Shown: positions 12,610 through 25,326 of the stretch, piece after piece
Position numbering within the stretch: position 1 is the stretch's first letter
Layout: every line of letters begins with the position of its first letter
Assembly (NCBI GenBank): GCA_038087875.1
Contig: CM075987.1
Location: 25,050,001 to 25,114,000 of the forward strand
Direction of reading: 5' to 3'
Source: Malacoraja senta
Lineage: Eukaryota
DNA length: 64,000 nt
The notes under the pieces: model-generated
The model's database searches: none
What the model was told of the DNA's origin: nothing
The model's input: only the letters and a program-made list of their open reading frames with translations
Made by a program: the position numbers and the translations under genes

Positions 12610-13585
12610 CGAAAAGGAAGATAGACACAAAATGCTGGAGGAACAGCGAGACAGGCATCATCTCTGGGTAGAAGGAATGGGTGACGTTAGGGGTCGAGAC
12701 CCTTCTTCAGACTGAGAAAGGTACAAAGGTGTTTTATTGTCACAAGTGCGAAGTGCAAACGCACAGTGAGGTTCTTTTCTTACAAACAGCACAGTAGAGT
12801 ATTACCATACCATCCCCGATTAGCAATGGTAGAGAAATAGTCTACTGAGACCGCATGCAAGAGGCGCCATGTTTTGCCGCCATTTTCCAAGTCCAGCCCA
12901 CGTACCAGTTGTTATGAGCGGAGCCCGATTCAGGCGAGGCCCAGGCTTCTGCGGGGCCTCCAGCCATTGCCTTCCTTGGTCGCTGCTTATTATTTCCATG
13001 GACACCAAATGCTCCATCATTCCAGTAGCACGTGCTGTACTTGATGCCGATTTCTCCTTCCAACTTTTAAAGGCAGTTGAGTCTGATGAAGGGTTCCAAC
13101 CCCAAACATCACCTATTCCTTTTCTAAAGGGATGCCCCCTGACCCGCTGAGCTACTCCATCATTTTGTGTCTATCTTCGGTATAAACCAGCATCTACAGT
13201 TCCTTCATATACATTTGGGTCTGAGGTAATGGATTATAATTTCCCTTTCATCAAATTCCTCTTTCTATTGTACTTCACGAGACTCGCGTTTGTCCAAAAC
13301 CAATGAACCAGGACGTATTTCTCCTCAAACGAAACCCAGTGATTCTCCCCTCTCTCAAGATCAATCCAAAGTGTCCATCTTCTTTAGATTTTACTTCCAG
13401 CAGCTTTTTTTTACTTCTTTTTGTCTTGAAGAACGTTATCTGAAGAAGTCTGAAGAAGGGCCTCGACCCGAAACGCCACCTATTCCTTCTCTCCAGAGAT
13501 GCTGCCTCACCCGCTGAGTTTCTCCAGCATTTTTGTCGGCCTTCAATTTTCCAGCAACTGCAGTTCTTTCTTTAACATTATCTTG
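12610..13585. mobile_element. Cluster of Penelope pLTR fragments (about 12617-12716, 13079-13212, 13440-13575) around an unclassified short element
   Basis: Degenerate CTGA(T/A)GA...AAAC cores at 12683-12710 (-), 13083 (+) and 13450 (+). The 12725-13075 element resembles 60615-60735. Confidence 0.55.
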
Positions 13586-14088
13586 AACAGATTACTTTTC
13601 AAACTGGCAAATGGAAGGTGTTCAGCAACAGACTGACACAGAGACTGTATCTTGAATACAACATTTCTCACTCAAGAGCCAATCTTTCTCAAATCTCCCC
13701 TCAGAGTTGTAGTTGGTTTGAAGCATCTAAAATGTTTCATGACAATTTTTTAAGCCTCATTTGACATACTCGTAGTTATACAGCGTGGAAACAGGCCCTT
13801 CGGCCCAACTTGCCCACACACTGACCAACATGTCCAATCTACATTAGTCGCAGATACCCCTTTAAAACCCGTCAGCTTTGCAGCTTTACAATTCAGATCT
13901 CAATATTTTTTCCCTCTTTGCCTCCTTTCCCTTTCACCTTCTAAGTCGATCGCATCACCATTTTAGAGAATAATTGGGGTTTATAACCTTTGCCCATGTC
14001 AACATTTAGTTCACACATATTGACACGTCTTTATTTTATCATTCAAATCACCAAAGAAAAAAATAACTTAGTCAAATAAGATTCATCG

Positions 14089-14985
14089 TGGGCGGAACGG
14101 TGGCGCAGCGGTAGAGTTGCTGCCTTACAGCGCCAGGTTGGATCCTGACTACGGGTGTTGTCTGCACGGAGTTTGTACATTCTGGGGATGTGGGGAGAAG
14201 GCAGGAACGGTGTACTGATTGTGGACGATCAGCCATGATCACATTGAATGGGATGGCGGGACTGTCATATGCTGAGAGAATGGAGCAGCTGGGCTTGTAT
14301 ACTCTGGAGTTTAGAAGGATAAGAGGGGATCTCATTGAAACATATAAGATTGTTAAGGGGTTTGGACACGCTAGAGGCAGGAAACATGTTCCCGATGTTG
14401 GGGGAGTCCAGAACCAGGGGCCACAGTTTAAGAATAAGGAGTAAGCCATTTAGAACGGAGACGAGGAAACACTTTTTTTCTCACAGAGAGTGGTGAGTCT
14501 GTGGAATTCTCTGCCTCAGAGGGTGGTGGAGGCAGGTTCTCTGGATGCTTTCAAGAGAGAGCTAGTTATGGCTCTTAAAAATAGCGGAGTCAGGGGATAT
14601 GGGGAGAAGGCAGGAACGGGGTACTGCTTGGGGATGATCAGCCATGATCACATTAAATGGTGGTGATGGCTTGAAGGGCTGAATGGCCTACTCCTGCACC
14701 TATTGTCTATTGTTTATCGAATGGCGGTGCTGGCTCGAAGGGCCGAATGGCCTACTCCTGCACCTATTGTCTATGCTCCACGTGACCTGCATGGGTTTTC
14801 TCCCAGATCTACGGTTCTCTCCCACACTCCAAAGGTGTACAGGTTTGTAGGTTAAGTTGTTTGGTACAAATGCTAAAATTGTCCCTGGTGTGTGTAGGAT
14901 AGTGTTTATGTGCGGGGGGATCACTGGTCTGCGCGGACTTGAAGGGCCTGTTTCCGCGCTGTATCTCTAAACTAAATTAAATTAA
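14089..14985 (+). mobile_element. HE1-like SINE split by nested CR1 3' fragments (about 14183-14776)
   Basis: SINE head to 14182 and V-domain resuming at about 14777; CR1 ORF end with duplicated tail GCCGAATGGCCTACTCCTGCACCTATTGTCTAT. Confidence 0.8.
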
Positions 14986-15782
14986 ATCATGACTAGTTTT
15001 TGAATTTGTAAAGCACAACTCACTTATGAAGAATTAGCTCAAGAACTGCAAAAATAATGCTCCTCCTGATCGTATTCGTTTAAAGCCAAGATCATTTATC
15101 ATAATGTTTGCAATCTTCTTTAGGTTACACCCGATCAATAAGGCAAAATTCTGGTGCAGTGTTTAATTTGTGTTGTTACTCAATAAAATCCGACCTTGAG
15201 CAATAAATTACTAACAGGTTTTATTGGGTTTTAAAACAAATTAAAAAGAGCCCTGTTGCTTTCCAAACTGCATCTTGCAGAGTCCTGATCTTGCGGTGAG
15301 GGTTAGTCACTAGTCTTGTTGGCAGAAGATTGACACAAAAGGCACAAAAAGGCCCCCACCCCACTCTCTGGGCAAAAAACTTGCCCCGTACATCTCCGTT
15401 AAACATTCCCCCTCTCGCCTTATAGCCATGTCCTCTAGTGTTGGATATTTCCACGCTGGGAAAACGCTTTTGTCTACCCTATCTATGCCTCCCATATTTC
15501 TACACGGCCTCCTCTCAACCTCTGATATTCCAGAGAAAACAATCCTAGTCTCTCCAACCTCTCCTTGCAGCTGAAAACCTCTCATTCAGGCAGCGTTCTG
15601 GTAAACCTCCTTTCCACCAAAGCGTCCACATCTCTCCTGTCGTTGGGCGACTAGTACTGCACGCCGTGCTCCAAATGTGGCCCAACCCAAGTCCGATAGA
15701 GACTGCTTGGAGAGATGTGTATTTTACATACAATGTTCACGACATCAGCAACACAGTGCTGATCTGCAAACACTTACAGGTT

Positions 15783-15955
15783 TAATCTGAAGACAGACAC
15801 AAAATGCTGGAGTAACTCAGCGGGACAGGTGGCATCTCTGGAGAGAAGGAATGGGTGACATTTCTGGTCGAGACTCTTCTTCAGAGAGATGCTGCCTGTC
15901 CCGCTGAGTTGACTCCAGCATTTTGTGTCTATCTTCAGTCTTATTGGCAGCATCT
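15783..15955. mobile_element. Penelope-derived fold-back element
   Basis: GACACAAAATGCTGGAGTAACTCAGCGGGACAGG arm plus its inverted copy. Confidence 0.7.
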
Positions 15956-16130
15956 GAAGGTGGCTTTCCACACGGAGCCAGCTCCTCCTTGCCGGCTGGC
16001 AGAGGTGGTCGGCGTGCCCAGAAACGTTATGGACCTAGGCCCATTTAATTCACCCAGACCCATGTCCCACCAAATCAATACGAAGTTTAAGAAGATTGCG
16101 AAGATCAGAACGCCATTGGTTACCCAACCC

Positions 16131-16588
16131 CTTACAACCCAGCGGTACGAATATTGATTTCTCTAATTTCAAGTAACCTTTGCATCCCCCCTCTCCCTCC
16201 AACCCCCCCCCCTCCCCCAAGCTTCAAAGTCATCTTGTTGAGTCTCATTGCAGTACAGAACATCACAGGAGATCCTTCGTCCCTGTGGCTATCAAACTGT
16301 ACAACTCCTCCCCCTTCTGTCGTGGGGTAGACTGACTCCACTTCTCCCCTCCCCCCCACCCCTCCCCAATCTTTGCACATCCCCAATCCTTTCCACTCGT
16401 CACTTTAATTTCATGTTTCACGTATCTTGTGTTTTATAACTGCTGGCAGATCATTTTCCCGGAATAAATAAAGTTCTATCGTATCGTTTTGTATCGTCTG
16501 TAACTCGTTTTCACCCAGCCCACAGCTAACAATGGCCTGTTTCCATTATCATCTTTACTTTTTTGCACATCTTTCACTCATTTGTTCT
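16131..16588 (+). mobile_element. Penelope 3' region, continuing at 19096-19240 after a LINE insertion
   Basis: LQPSGTNIDFSNFK* resembles the GIY-YIG C-terminus; host CTCATTTGTTCT|ATATC matches the copy at 46260-46520. Confidence 0.65.
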
Positions 16589-19095
16589 TGGTTCTTGGTT
16601 CTTGGTTTCTTGGTCCTCCAAAATATTCCAAATGGAATTTAAACTGGAGGTGGTGGAGGGAGGACTTAAGCCAGAAAGGGTTTTTGGGAAGAAAGAGCTA
16701 CCTTAAATTTAGTTGCATCTGGTTGGGTAACTATAGTAGGGTGGAGATTATTCCATGCTTTAATTGTGCGGGGGAAGAATGAATTGCTGTACACATCTGT
16801 CTTGGTAGCTGGAATCACAAATTGGATCGAATGCCCTCGTCTGCTCCTAGTTGGTTTGGGTTTGGTGTAGGTCTTGTAATCTATGTCGAGCTGACCATTT
16901 AACATTTTGTAAAAACAGGTCAAACGGTGAGCTTCACGTCTGTCTTGGAGAGGGTTCCACCCCAGAGAATTCAGAAGTTTGGTAACACTCGCTTCTCTCT
17001 CATAGGTGTTAGTAACAAATCGAGCTGCCTGTCTTTGGACACGTTCGATGGAAGAAATGTTTTTATTTGTGTATGGGTCCCATGCTGCAACTGCGTAGTC
17101 CAAATGAGGTCTAACGAGGGTGAAGTATAGATTCTCCTTGACAGAAGTTGAACAATGATGAAAGTTGCGTCTCAGAAAATTTAGGACACCTGTTGCTTTC
17201 ACCGTTGCATGATGAGGCTGACCATTCCAACGCAGATCATTCTGCAATTTGATGCCAAGATACTTGGTTTGTTTGGATTCTTCAAGGGTGGTACCAAGTA
17301 TATTGTACAATGTTTCGCCTGGATTCCTCTTTCTGGTGACACGCATGGTTTCACATTTGGAAGGGTTGAACTGCATGCCCCATTGGTGTGACCACTCAAC
17401 CATTGTATCGAGGTCCTTTTGGAGAGCATCTTCATCATCAGCTGACTTAATTGGACGGTACAGCAAACAATCATCAGCGAATAGTCTGGTCGTGCTTGCG
17501 ACTTTTTCATGGATGTCGTTTATGTAAAGCAAAAACAGATGTGGGCCAAGTACTGTGCCCTGAGGTGTACCACTCAACACTGGATGCCAATTGGAGCTCT
17601 TTCCATTCACACACACACACGCTGAAGACGTTTTGTCAGAAAACTGGAAATCCATCGTTTCGTGTTGGAACGAATACCATAGAAGTCAAGCTTCCGAAGC
17701 AGTCTCTGGTGTGGGATGACATCAAACGCTTTAGAAAAGTCCAGCACTACTAAATCCGTGATGACATTACCATCAAGATGTTTGGCCAGGTCATTTGTCG
17801 TCAGGATAAGCTGAGACTCACATCATCTATGCCTCCTAAATGCATGTTGGTTGTCAGCAAGAATATTATGTTTGCTCACGTGTCGCATCAGATTACTATC
17901 AATTACATGGTCCAGTAATTTGCAGCAAGTACTTGTTAATGAAACAGGACGATAATTTGCTTGGTTGGTGGTTGAACCTTTTTTAAAGAGAGGAGTGATG
18001 TTAGCCTTCCTCCAATCCAGCGGAACATCACCTGAGTCAAGCGATTGTTGGAAAATGAACTGCAAAACTGGAGCCAGTTCTTCGGCCGCGATCTTGAGGG
18101 CTTGATTCTGTATCTGATCTGGTCCAATTGCTTTTGTGGTATTGATGTTGAGCAATAACTTCTTGACACCTTCAACCTCAATTTTAATAGCAGGCATATC
18201 AGCATACGGGCTGGGCGGTAGAACTGGAAATGATGAAGGCTCCATATCTTCCCGGGTGAAAACGTGTTGGAATTGGTTTGCAAGAGCTTCTGCTTTCGCC
18301 TGGTCCTCAGTGATCAGACAGTTGTTCACTTTAAGCATCTGGACACCAGTGTTGTCTGTCCGTCTGGATTTCACATATCTCCAAAAAGCCTTGGGTTGCT
18401 CTCCCCCAAGAATAGAAGAAACATGTTGTCTATGAGCACTCCTAATAGCACGATCGACTTGCTTTTGCATTCTAGTCAAATTGTCCCAGTCCAGTTTTGT
18501 ACCCCTTTTTTTGGTACGGATATAAAACTTCTCTTTCTTACTGCAGAGACGTTTCAGTTTTGCCGAAAACCAAGGAGGACGCATACGGCCCTTAATGAGT
18601 TTTTGAGGAAAATGATTTGTAACAATATTATTTAAAGAGTCTCTCAGCCACACCCAGTTGTCATTTACGGATCTTTTACCTGGTTGCAGGTTGAAGAAAT
18701 CTTTTCCCAGTTTTTTTGCTAAGACTTTAAATTCCTCGCTGTGCACTTTTCTCCAGAGGGAAATGTTACGCGGTGGCTTTGAAGGAACTTTAAGCTTTGT
18801 GTGCAGTTTTGCTTGGATAATATAATGATCGCTAATTCCAGCACACGATGAAACTTCCGAAATTAAATCTGGGTGAGAAGTGAACAGTAAATCTAGAGTA
18901 TTTTCGGTGCCACTTGTCTCATCACGTCTGGTAGGGAAAGTGACTTTTTGGGACAGGTGATTTTCCAGAGTAAGGTCAGCTAGGGCTTCCTGGAGAGCTC
19001 CTTCTGGTTCACTTTGTATGCCGTCAGACCAATCTGTATGCCGTCACTTTGGATGCCGTCAGACCACTCGGCATACAATCTGACGGCATAAACAA
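16589..19095 (-). mobile_element. CR1/L2-group LINE of invertebrate-like (Daphne/Crack-like) type, 5'-truncated
   Basis: EN end (TLDLLFTSHPD, GISDH); RT motifs GPDQI, YRPVSLTS, GTPQGTVLGP, FADDC, SFFPRTIKAWNNL; (CCAAGAA)n tail; TGTTCT duplicated at 16583-16588 and 19096-19101. Confidence 0.85.
16666..19015 (-). pseudogene. EN-RT ORF with one nonsense mutation and one frameshift
   Basis: ORFs 17823-18746 and 16666-17655. TGA at 17823-17825 replaces S in RHRSCESQL; frameshift at the (CA)n run 17608-17620. Confidence 0.85.
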
Positions 19096-19269
19096 TGTTC
19101 TATATCTATTTATATCACTGTCTATATCTCTTGTATCCCTCTCTCCAGACTCTCAGTCTGAAGAAGGATTTTGCCCTGAAACGTCAGCTATTCCTTTTCT
19201 CCAGAGGTGCTGTCTGACCCGCTGAGTTACTCCAGCTATTGGGTGGGTGTGGCGGGTGGCAGCTCAAGT

Positions 19270-20056
19270 GGGTGTGGCGACGCCTAACGGCAGCGGCTCG
19301 ACTGCAGTCTGTTTGTCTTTTTTTATTTTTGTCTCGTTAAATGTAGTTGTTTGTGTGGGGTTTTTTAATACTGTTTTTAACTGTGTATATGTGGTGGGAT
19401 GGGGAAACTTTAAAAAATCTCTTCCCTGTACGGGAGACCCGACTTTTTCCCTGTCGGGTCTCCGTTGTCGTTGGGGCCTAGCTCCGTGGAGCGGCCTCCG
19501 ACCGGGACGACTTGGGGGCTCCAGTCGCGGAGCCTGCGGAGCTGCGGACTTACCATCGTGGGGCTGGCCGGCCTCGGAGCGTGAGGAGCGGTGGTGGCTC
19601 GCTGCTGCGGGTCCGGGTGAGAGACCGCTTTCCGGAGCTCCTGCAACGCGACTTCTCCAGCCCGTGTCGCGGGGTTGGAACGACCCGGAGCGGGGCCGTA
19701 AATCGCCCGGCGCGGCTTTAATGGCCGCGGGACATTCCAGCGCCCGCCGGGGGCTCCAACTTTGTGACTTTTGGGCCCGGAGCGAGGCCGTACACCGCCC
19801 GGCGCGGCCTTAACGGCCGTGGGATTTAACAGTGCTTCAACATCGGGAGAAAAATGGTGCAGGGGAGAGAAAAGACTTTGCCTTCCATTACAGTGAGGAG
19901 GAGATTCACTGTGATGGATGTTTTTCTGTAAATTGAATTGTTTGTGTGTCGTGTAGGAACTGTTTTGTTTGTATGGCTGTGGAAACGGAGTTTCGTTTGA
20001 GCCTCTTTGAGGTTCAAATGACAAGAATAAAATCTAATCTAATCTAATCTAATCTA
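19270..20056 (+). mobile_element. Non-coding structured retroelement with Rex1-type tail
   Basis: Homologous in layout to 25327-26050; hairpins at 19433-19463 and 19885-19917; ends AAATGACAAGAATAAA(ATCTA)n. Confidence 0.6.
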
Positions 20057-20384
20057 TTTGTGTCTATCTATGTTTTAGTTTAGTTTATCACCATGTGTAC
20101 TGAGGTACAGTGAGAAGCTTTTGTTGCGTCCTAACCAGTTAGCGGAAAGACAACACGATTACAATCGAGCCATCCACAGTGTACAGGTACATGATCAATG
20201 GAATAACGTGTGTGCATGTGTGTGTGTAGGATAGTGTTAGTGTACAGGATTGCTGAACGGTGTGGACTCAGTGGGCTGAAGGGCCTGTTGCTGCGCAGTA
20301 TCTCTAACCTAAACTAAGCAGGAGTAGCCTGAGAAATGGTCGACCACTAATACCCAATGAGCTCTGTGGTATCAGTTCCAATAT

Positions 20385-20650
20385 CTCGATCCTGACTACG
20401 GGTGCTGTCTGTATGGAGTTTGTAAGTTCTCCCCGTGGCCGCGAGAGATTTTTCCAAGATCTTCGGTTTCTTCCCACGCTCCAAAATCGTACAGGTATGT
20501 GGGTTAATTGGTTTTGGTATGAGTGAAAATTATCCCTCGTGCGTGTAGGCTTGTGTTAATATGCGGGGATCGCTGGTCGGTGCGGACTCGGTGGGCCGAT
20601 GGGCCTGTTTCCACGTTGCAGTACAGAACATCTCTGAACTAAGCTAAATC
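20385..20650 (+). mobile_element. HE1-like V-SINE, 5'-truncated
   Basis: V-domain and tail; a further partial tail at 20215-20317. Confidence 0.8.
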
Positions 20651-20992
20651 TGGTGTAACAATAATCTCAGCCGACTCGTAGAAGTATTCCCACAGTCAGC
20701 GACCGAGGGAAAAGCAGAGTTTTCAGCTGATATTTTAAACATTTTAATCAGCGCTCATTAAAACATTTAAACATCTGCATTCAATTAGGTGAAATATCAA
20801 ATATTGAAATTTAAAATCCATTATATTATATTGGATCATCTGAGCATGCAAAATCAGGCATTCTGGAAAACCAGAGACTCTTCCAAATAATAGTACATTA
20901 GATACACTTCCATGTCACGCACACCAGACAATATTATCGAGGTATTTTACACAATATAGATATGTATAAGATGTTGGTCACATTTCAAGTAT

Positions 20993-21185
20993 AGACACAA
21001 AATGCTGGAGTAACTCAGCGGGACAGGAAGCATCCCCGAATGGAAGGAATGGGTAACTTTTCGGATCCCAAAACAACCCAAAATGTCACCCATTCCTTCT
21101 ATTTGGAGACGCTGCCTGTCCCGCTGAGTTACTCCAGTATTTTGTGTTTATCTTCAGTGTAAAGCAGCATCTGCAGTTCCATCCT
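20993..21185. mobile_element. Penelope-derived fold-back element inserted in a CR1 fragment
   Basis: 15-bp TSD TCACATTTCAAGTAT at 20978-20992 and 21186-21200; inverted arms. Confidence 0.8.
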
Positions 21186-21409
21186 TCACATTTCAAGTAT
21201 TGTGTTCAGTTTTGGGCGCTGCGCTCTAGGAAGGATGCTGTTAAGGTGGAAAGAGTGCAGAGAAGATATGAGGATGTTGCCAGCACTTGAGGGCCTGAGC
21301 TATAGAGAGTGGTTGTGCAGGCTAGTTCTTTACTCCTTGGAGTGCAGGAGGATGAGGCCAGATCTTATTGAGGTGTAGAAGGTCATGAAGGGGATAGATG
21401 AAGAGAATG

Positions 21410-21662
21410 CAGCACCAGGGACACGGGTTCGATCCTGACCACGGGTGCTGTCTGTACGGAGTTTGTACGTTCTCCCCGTGACCTGCGCGGGTTTTCTCCG
21501 GGAGCTCCCACATTCCAAAGACGTACAGGTTTGTAGGTTAATTGGCGTGGTATAGTTATTATTGTAAATTGTGTGCGGAGGATAGAGTTAGTGTGCAGGG
21601 GATCGCTGGTCAGCGCGCACTCAGTGGGCCGAAGGGCCTGTTTCCGCGCTGTATCTCTAAAC
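21410..21662 (+). mobile_element. HE1-like V-SINE
   Basis: B box, V-domain, tail. Confidence 0.85.
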
Positions 21663-22371
21663 GAAGAACAAATAATTTGGGGACCACTTTGCGTGGGGTC
21701 TTGCGCACTTGCAACTGAAATTAGTTTGTCACATTGCTGGATGGCTTCCAAACTTCCACCCATATCCAACAACTTTATTTGTTTTGTATAGTTAGTCAAT
21801 ATTTTAGCTTAAATTGATTGAATCTTGGACAAGTTAGCAACTTGCACTGAGAGAACAATCCTAAACAACATGAGCTGTCACTTGGCAGCGAGTTAATAAT
21901 ACAGCATCCATTTATCAAAAGGCAAGTTGTGTTTCACTAACTTTATTAAGTCGCTTGCTGAGGTCATGGAGAGGGCAGATGAAGATTATGAGCTTGATGT
22001 ATATTTTCCTGGAGATATTCCCCAAAATACCGAGGGAGGATTACTTATGCGTGATTACATTTTGGTTCCGATCCAGCCTTGGGTAGCCCAATCTCTTAAG
22101 TAATTACAGCAACAGACAGGAGTAATCACGTTGTCCATCAGCCAGCCTGATCGGGGCAAATATCGGGAGTGGAAAAGCTAAAGCAGTGAATGTATCAGAA
22201 CTCTGAAATTAAAATATAATGGGGCGGCCAGAACTCCGCGCAATACTCCAAAAGCAGCCAAAACCAAAGGCCTATAGAGACTGCAAAAAGGGTCGTGTAT
22301 TTTACATACAATGCTCGCACTGTGATGATCTGCAAACACTAACAGGTTTAATTATTCTTATTCTTAATCAT

Positions 22372-22895
22372 TCTTGCTATTGAGGGAGTGCACCGTGGGC
22401 TCACCGGCTTAATTCCCGGGATGGTGGGACTGACATATGATGAAGAATGGATCAACTGGGCTTACATTCACTGGAATTTAGAATTGATGAGAGGGGATCT
22501 TATAGAAACATATATAATTCTTAAGGGATTGGACAGGCTAGATGCAGGAAAAATGTTCCCGCTGTTGGGGGAGGCCAGAACCAGGGATCACAGTCTAAGA
22601 TTAAGGGGTAGGCCATTTAAGACTGAGATGAGGAAAAACATTTTCACCCGGAGAGTTGTGAATCTGCGTAATTCTCTGTCACAGAAGGCAGTGGAGGCCA
22701 ATGCACTGGATGTTTTCAAGAGAGAGTTAGATATAGCTCTTAGGGCGAAAGGAATCAAGAGATATGGGGAAAAAGCAGGAACAGGGTACTGATTCTGGAT
22801 GATCAGCCATGATCAAATTGATTGGCAGTGCTGGCTCGAGGGGACGAATGGCCTACTCCTGCACCTACTTTCTATGTTTCTACGTTTCTATGTTT
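22372..22895 (+). mobile_element. CR1 LINE 3' end
   Basis: ORF 22388-22792 MRGDLIETY...GEKAGTGY*; (TTTCTATG)n tail. Confidence 0.88.
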
Positions 22896-23170
22896 CGAAT
22901 CTATTTATTTGTTTGCGGGTAAAATAGCAGACATAATTGCAGACGTGAGCGTGTTTGAGTTGATTATTGGAGGGGTTTACACCACCTGCAAAATGCCGCC
23001 TTAACCCATCCTTCATTCACCACTCCTCATTTATCCTCGATAAATACTATCACCCAAACAAGACAGACCTGAGATAGGCACAAAATACTGGAGTAACTCA
23101 GCCGGACAGTCAGCATCTCTGGATAGAAGGAATGGGTGACATTTCGGGTCGCGACCCTTCTTTAGAGTGA

Positions 23171-23416
23171 AGGGCCTGTCTCGCTTGGCGATTTTTTTCG
23201 GCGACTGTCGGCATCATTGACTGACGTATCAGGTCACCGAAAAACTCGAGGCGTGACGCGGCGTGATGACGTATCGACGCGCGGAGTCTCCTCAAGTGTC
23301 GTAACATTTTTTTGTCGCCGCTGGATTTTGAAATGTTCAAAATCTTTTGGCTACCCTAATACATCAGTCAATGACGCTGGCAGTCGCCGAAAAAATCGCC
23401 AAGTGGGACAGGCCAT
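23171..23416. mobile_element. PIF/Harbinger-type MITE inserted in a Penelope pLTR
   Basis: About 60-bp TIRs starting AGGGCCTGTC; 3-bp TSD TGA on both sides, whose removal restores the host pLTR. Confidence 0.8.
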
Positions 23417-23449
23417 TGAGAGTCAAGGGATAGGGGAACGAGAGATAGA

Positions 23450-23838
23450 GAAACGTACAAAATTCTTATGGGGTTGGACAGGCTAGATGCAGGAAGATTG
23501 TTCCCTATGTTGGGGAAGTCCAGGACAAGGGGTCACAGCTTAAGGATAAGGGGGAAATCCTTTAAGACCGAGATGAGGAAAAACTTTTTCACACAGAGAG
23601 TGGTGAATCTCTGGAACTCTCTGCCACAGAGGGTGGGTGAGGCCAGTTCATTGGCTATATTTAAGAGGGAGTTAGATGTGGCCCTTGTGGCTAAAGGGAT
23701 CAGGGGGTATGGAGAGAAGGCAGGTACGGGATACTGAGTTGGATCATCAGCCATGATCATATTGAATGGCGGTGCAGGCTCGAAGGGCCGAATGGCCTAC
23801 TCCTGCACCTATTTTCTATGTATCTATGTATCTATGTA
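23450..23838 (+). mobile_element. Young CR1 subfamily 3' end
   Basis: Nearly identical to 45487-46028 (-) and 43575-43820 (+). Confidence 0.9.
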
Positions 23839-23999
23839 GATGGTGCTTAGGGCAAATAAATGGGATATGCAGAAAGCAATGATAATTAAGGAAATATAGA
23901 GCCCACATTGTTGGCTGTGGGATAGGTGGGATAGGTGGGATAGGTGGGATAGGAAACAGTACAGACAGACATTTTCACACCTTATTCTGCATATCCCTA

Positions 24000-24155
24000 G
24001 ACTCCCTCTCCCATGACTCTCAGTCTGAAGAAGGGTCTCGACCCGAAACATCACCCATTCCTGCTATCCACAGTTGCTGCCTGTGCTGCTGAGTTACTCC
24101 AGCATTTTGTGTCTATCCTCGGAGTAAACCAGCATCTGCAGTTCTTTCCTACACA
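24000..24155 (+). mobile_element. Penelope pLTR with hammerhead-like core (24025-24052)
   Basis: CTGAAGAAGGGTCTCGACCCGAAACATC. Confidence 0.7.
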
Positions 24156-24434
24156 AGACAGACCTACCTGGCTTTGCATTGCGGAGCACAGGCTGCATAC
24201 CAGTGCTAATTTGTTTTCACTGAAATTGTGCTAGGAACATTATTTTCAGTTGCAACAGCATCAATCTTATCGGTCCGCTGAGAAATTCTTTACAAAAGAA
24301 GAATGTCAAAGTGAAGGACAAAAAGTCATCAATTTTGAGCTTTACGGCAGCTATCATTTCTATCTTTGCAGAAGTCAGCTCAATCAAAATACCTCTGTGC
24401 TACCACATATCTGCAACGGTTGATCAAGTATAGG

Positions 24435-24935
24435 TACGGGTCCACCGCCGATTTTCCGGCACCCTCGGTTCCAGAGCCTTGCCGGGTTATCCGTTTTGCC
24501 GGACCAACAGAGGTCACGGCGTTGGGGGGAGGGTGGGGGGGAGGGCTGAGATACCGGCCCGCAAAGATAGCCGTGGAAGTCGGCTGCGGGGAAGTGATCT
24601 GCCAGCTCTGGGCGGGCCGCAGTTCCACAACCCCGGCTGCAGGGGGGGGGGGGGGTGCAAATTCAGCTCAGTCTAGTTTAGTTTATTGTCACGTGTACCG
24701 AGGTACAGTGTAAAGCTTTCTGTTTTTGTTGCGTGCTATCCAGTCAGCTAAAGACAATGCATGATTACAATCGAGCCATTCACTGTGCACCCGCCGGTCA
24801 GCAAAGAAGTCCCGATGAGGTCGAGATCGGCCGCCTCACCCGGCCTAGACATTACATGTTCGTGGGGGGGGGGGGGGGGAATGGGGGGATTTTTGTCCGT
24901 ATCAAAGGGATGGCTAGATTACCAGTTGCTAGAAC
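24435..24935. mobile_element. Possible Tc1/mariner-like GC-rich element, split by a Rex1-type tail (about 24665-24790)
   Basis: Starts TA-CGGGTCCACCGCCGATTTTCCGGCACCC, with short TCCGG inverted repeats; no second TIR identified. Confidence 0.3.
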
Positions 24936-25326
24936 AACAGTTCCATGAAAAAACAGTGCGCTTGCTCAATGACGTGTTCTCCCATCTCCACCTCAGCTGC
25001 CGTGAATCTGATGCATGTCTAGTCAGCTTTCTCAGTTGGGCCACGTGAAACTGTGTCCTAGGAGATTATACACGTATCAGTGCACAGATTAAATATTGTT
25101 TTTTTTTTAATTAAATGTTTGCCTGGACCATCTGTTCAGCTGGGCCCGTCTGTTTAACTATAACAGATGTGAACGTACAAGCTCTGTGCGGGCAAGCGCC
25201 CGTAGTCAGGATCGAACCCAGGTCTCTGGCGCTGTAAGGCAGCAGCTACAATGCTGCGCCACCGTGCCGCACAAATAAAAACATCAAACTGAAGATCACT
25301 GTGAGGTTTTAGCCCGAGTGGACTAT

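Noticed and set aside
19247..20024. 188-aa and 204-aa ORFs on opposite strands
   Set aside because: Stop-poor GC-rich repeat body; not conserved in the homologous copy at 25327-26050.
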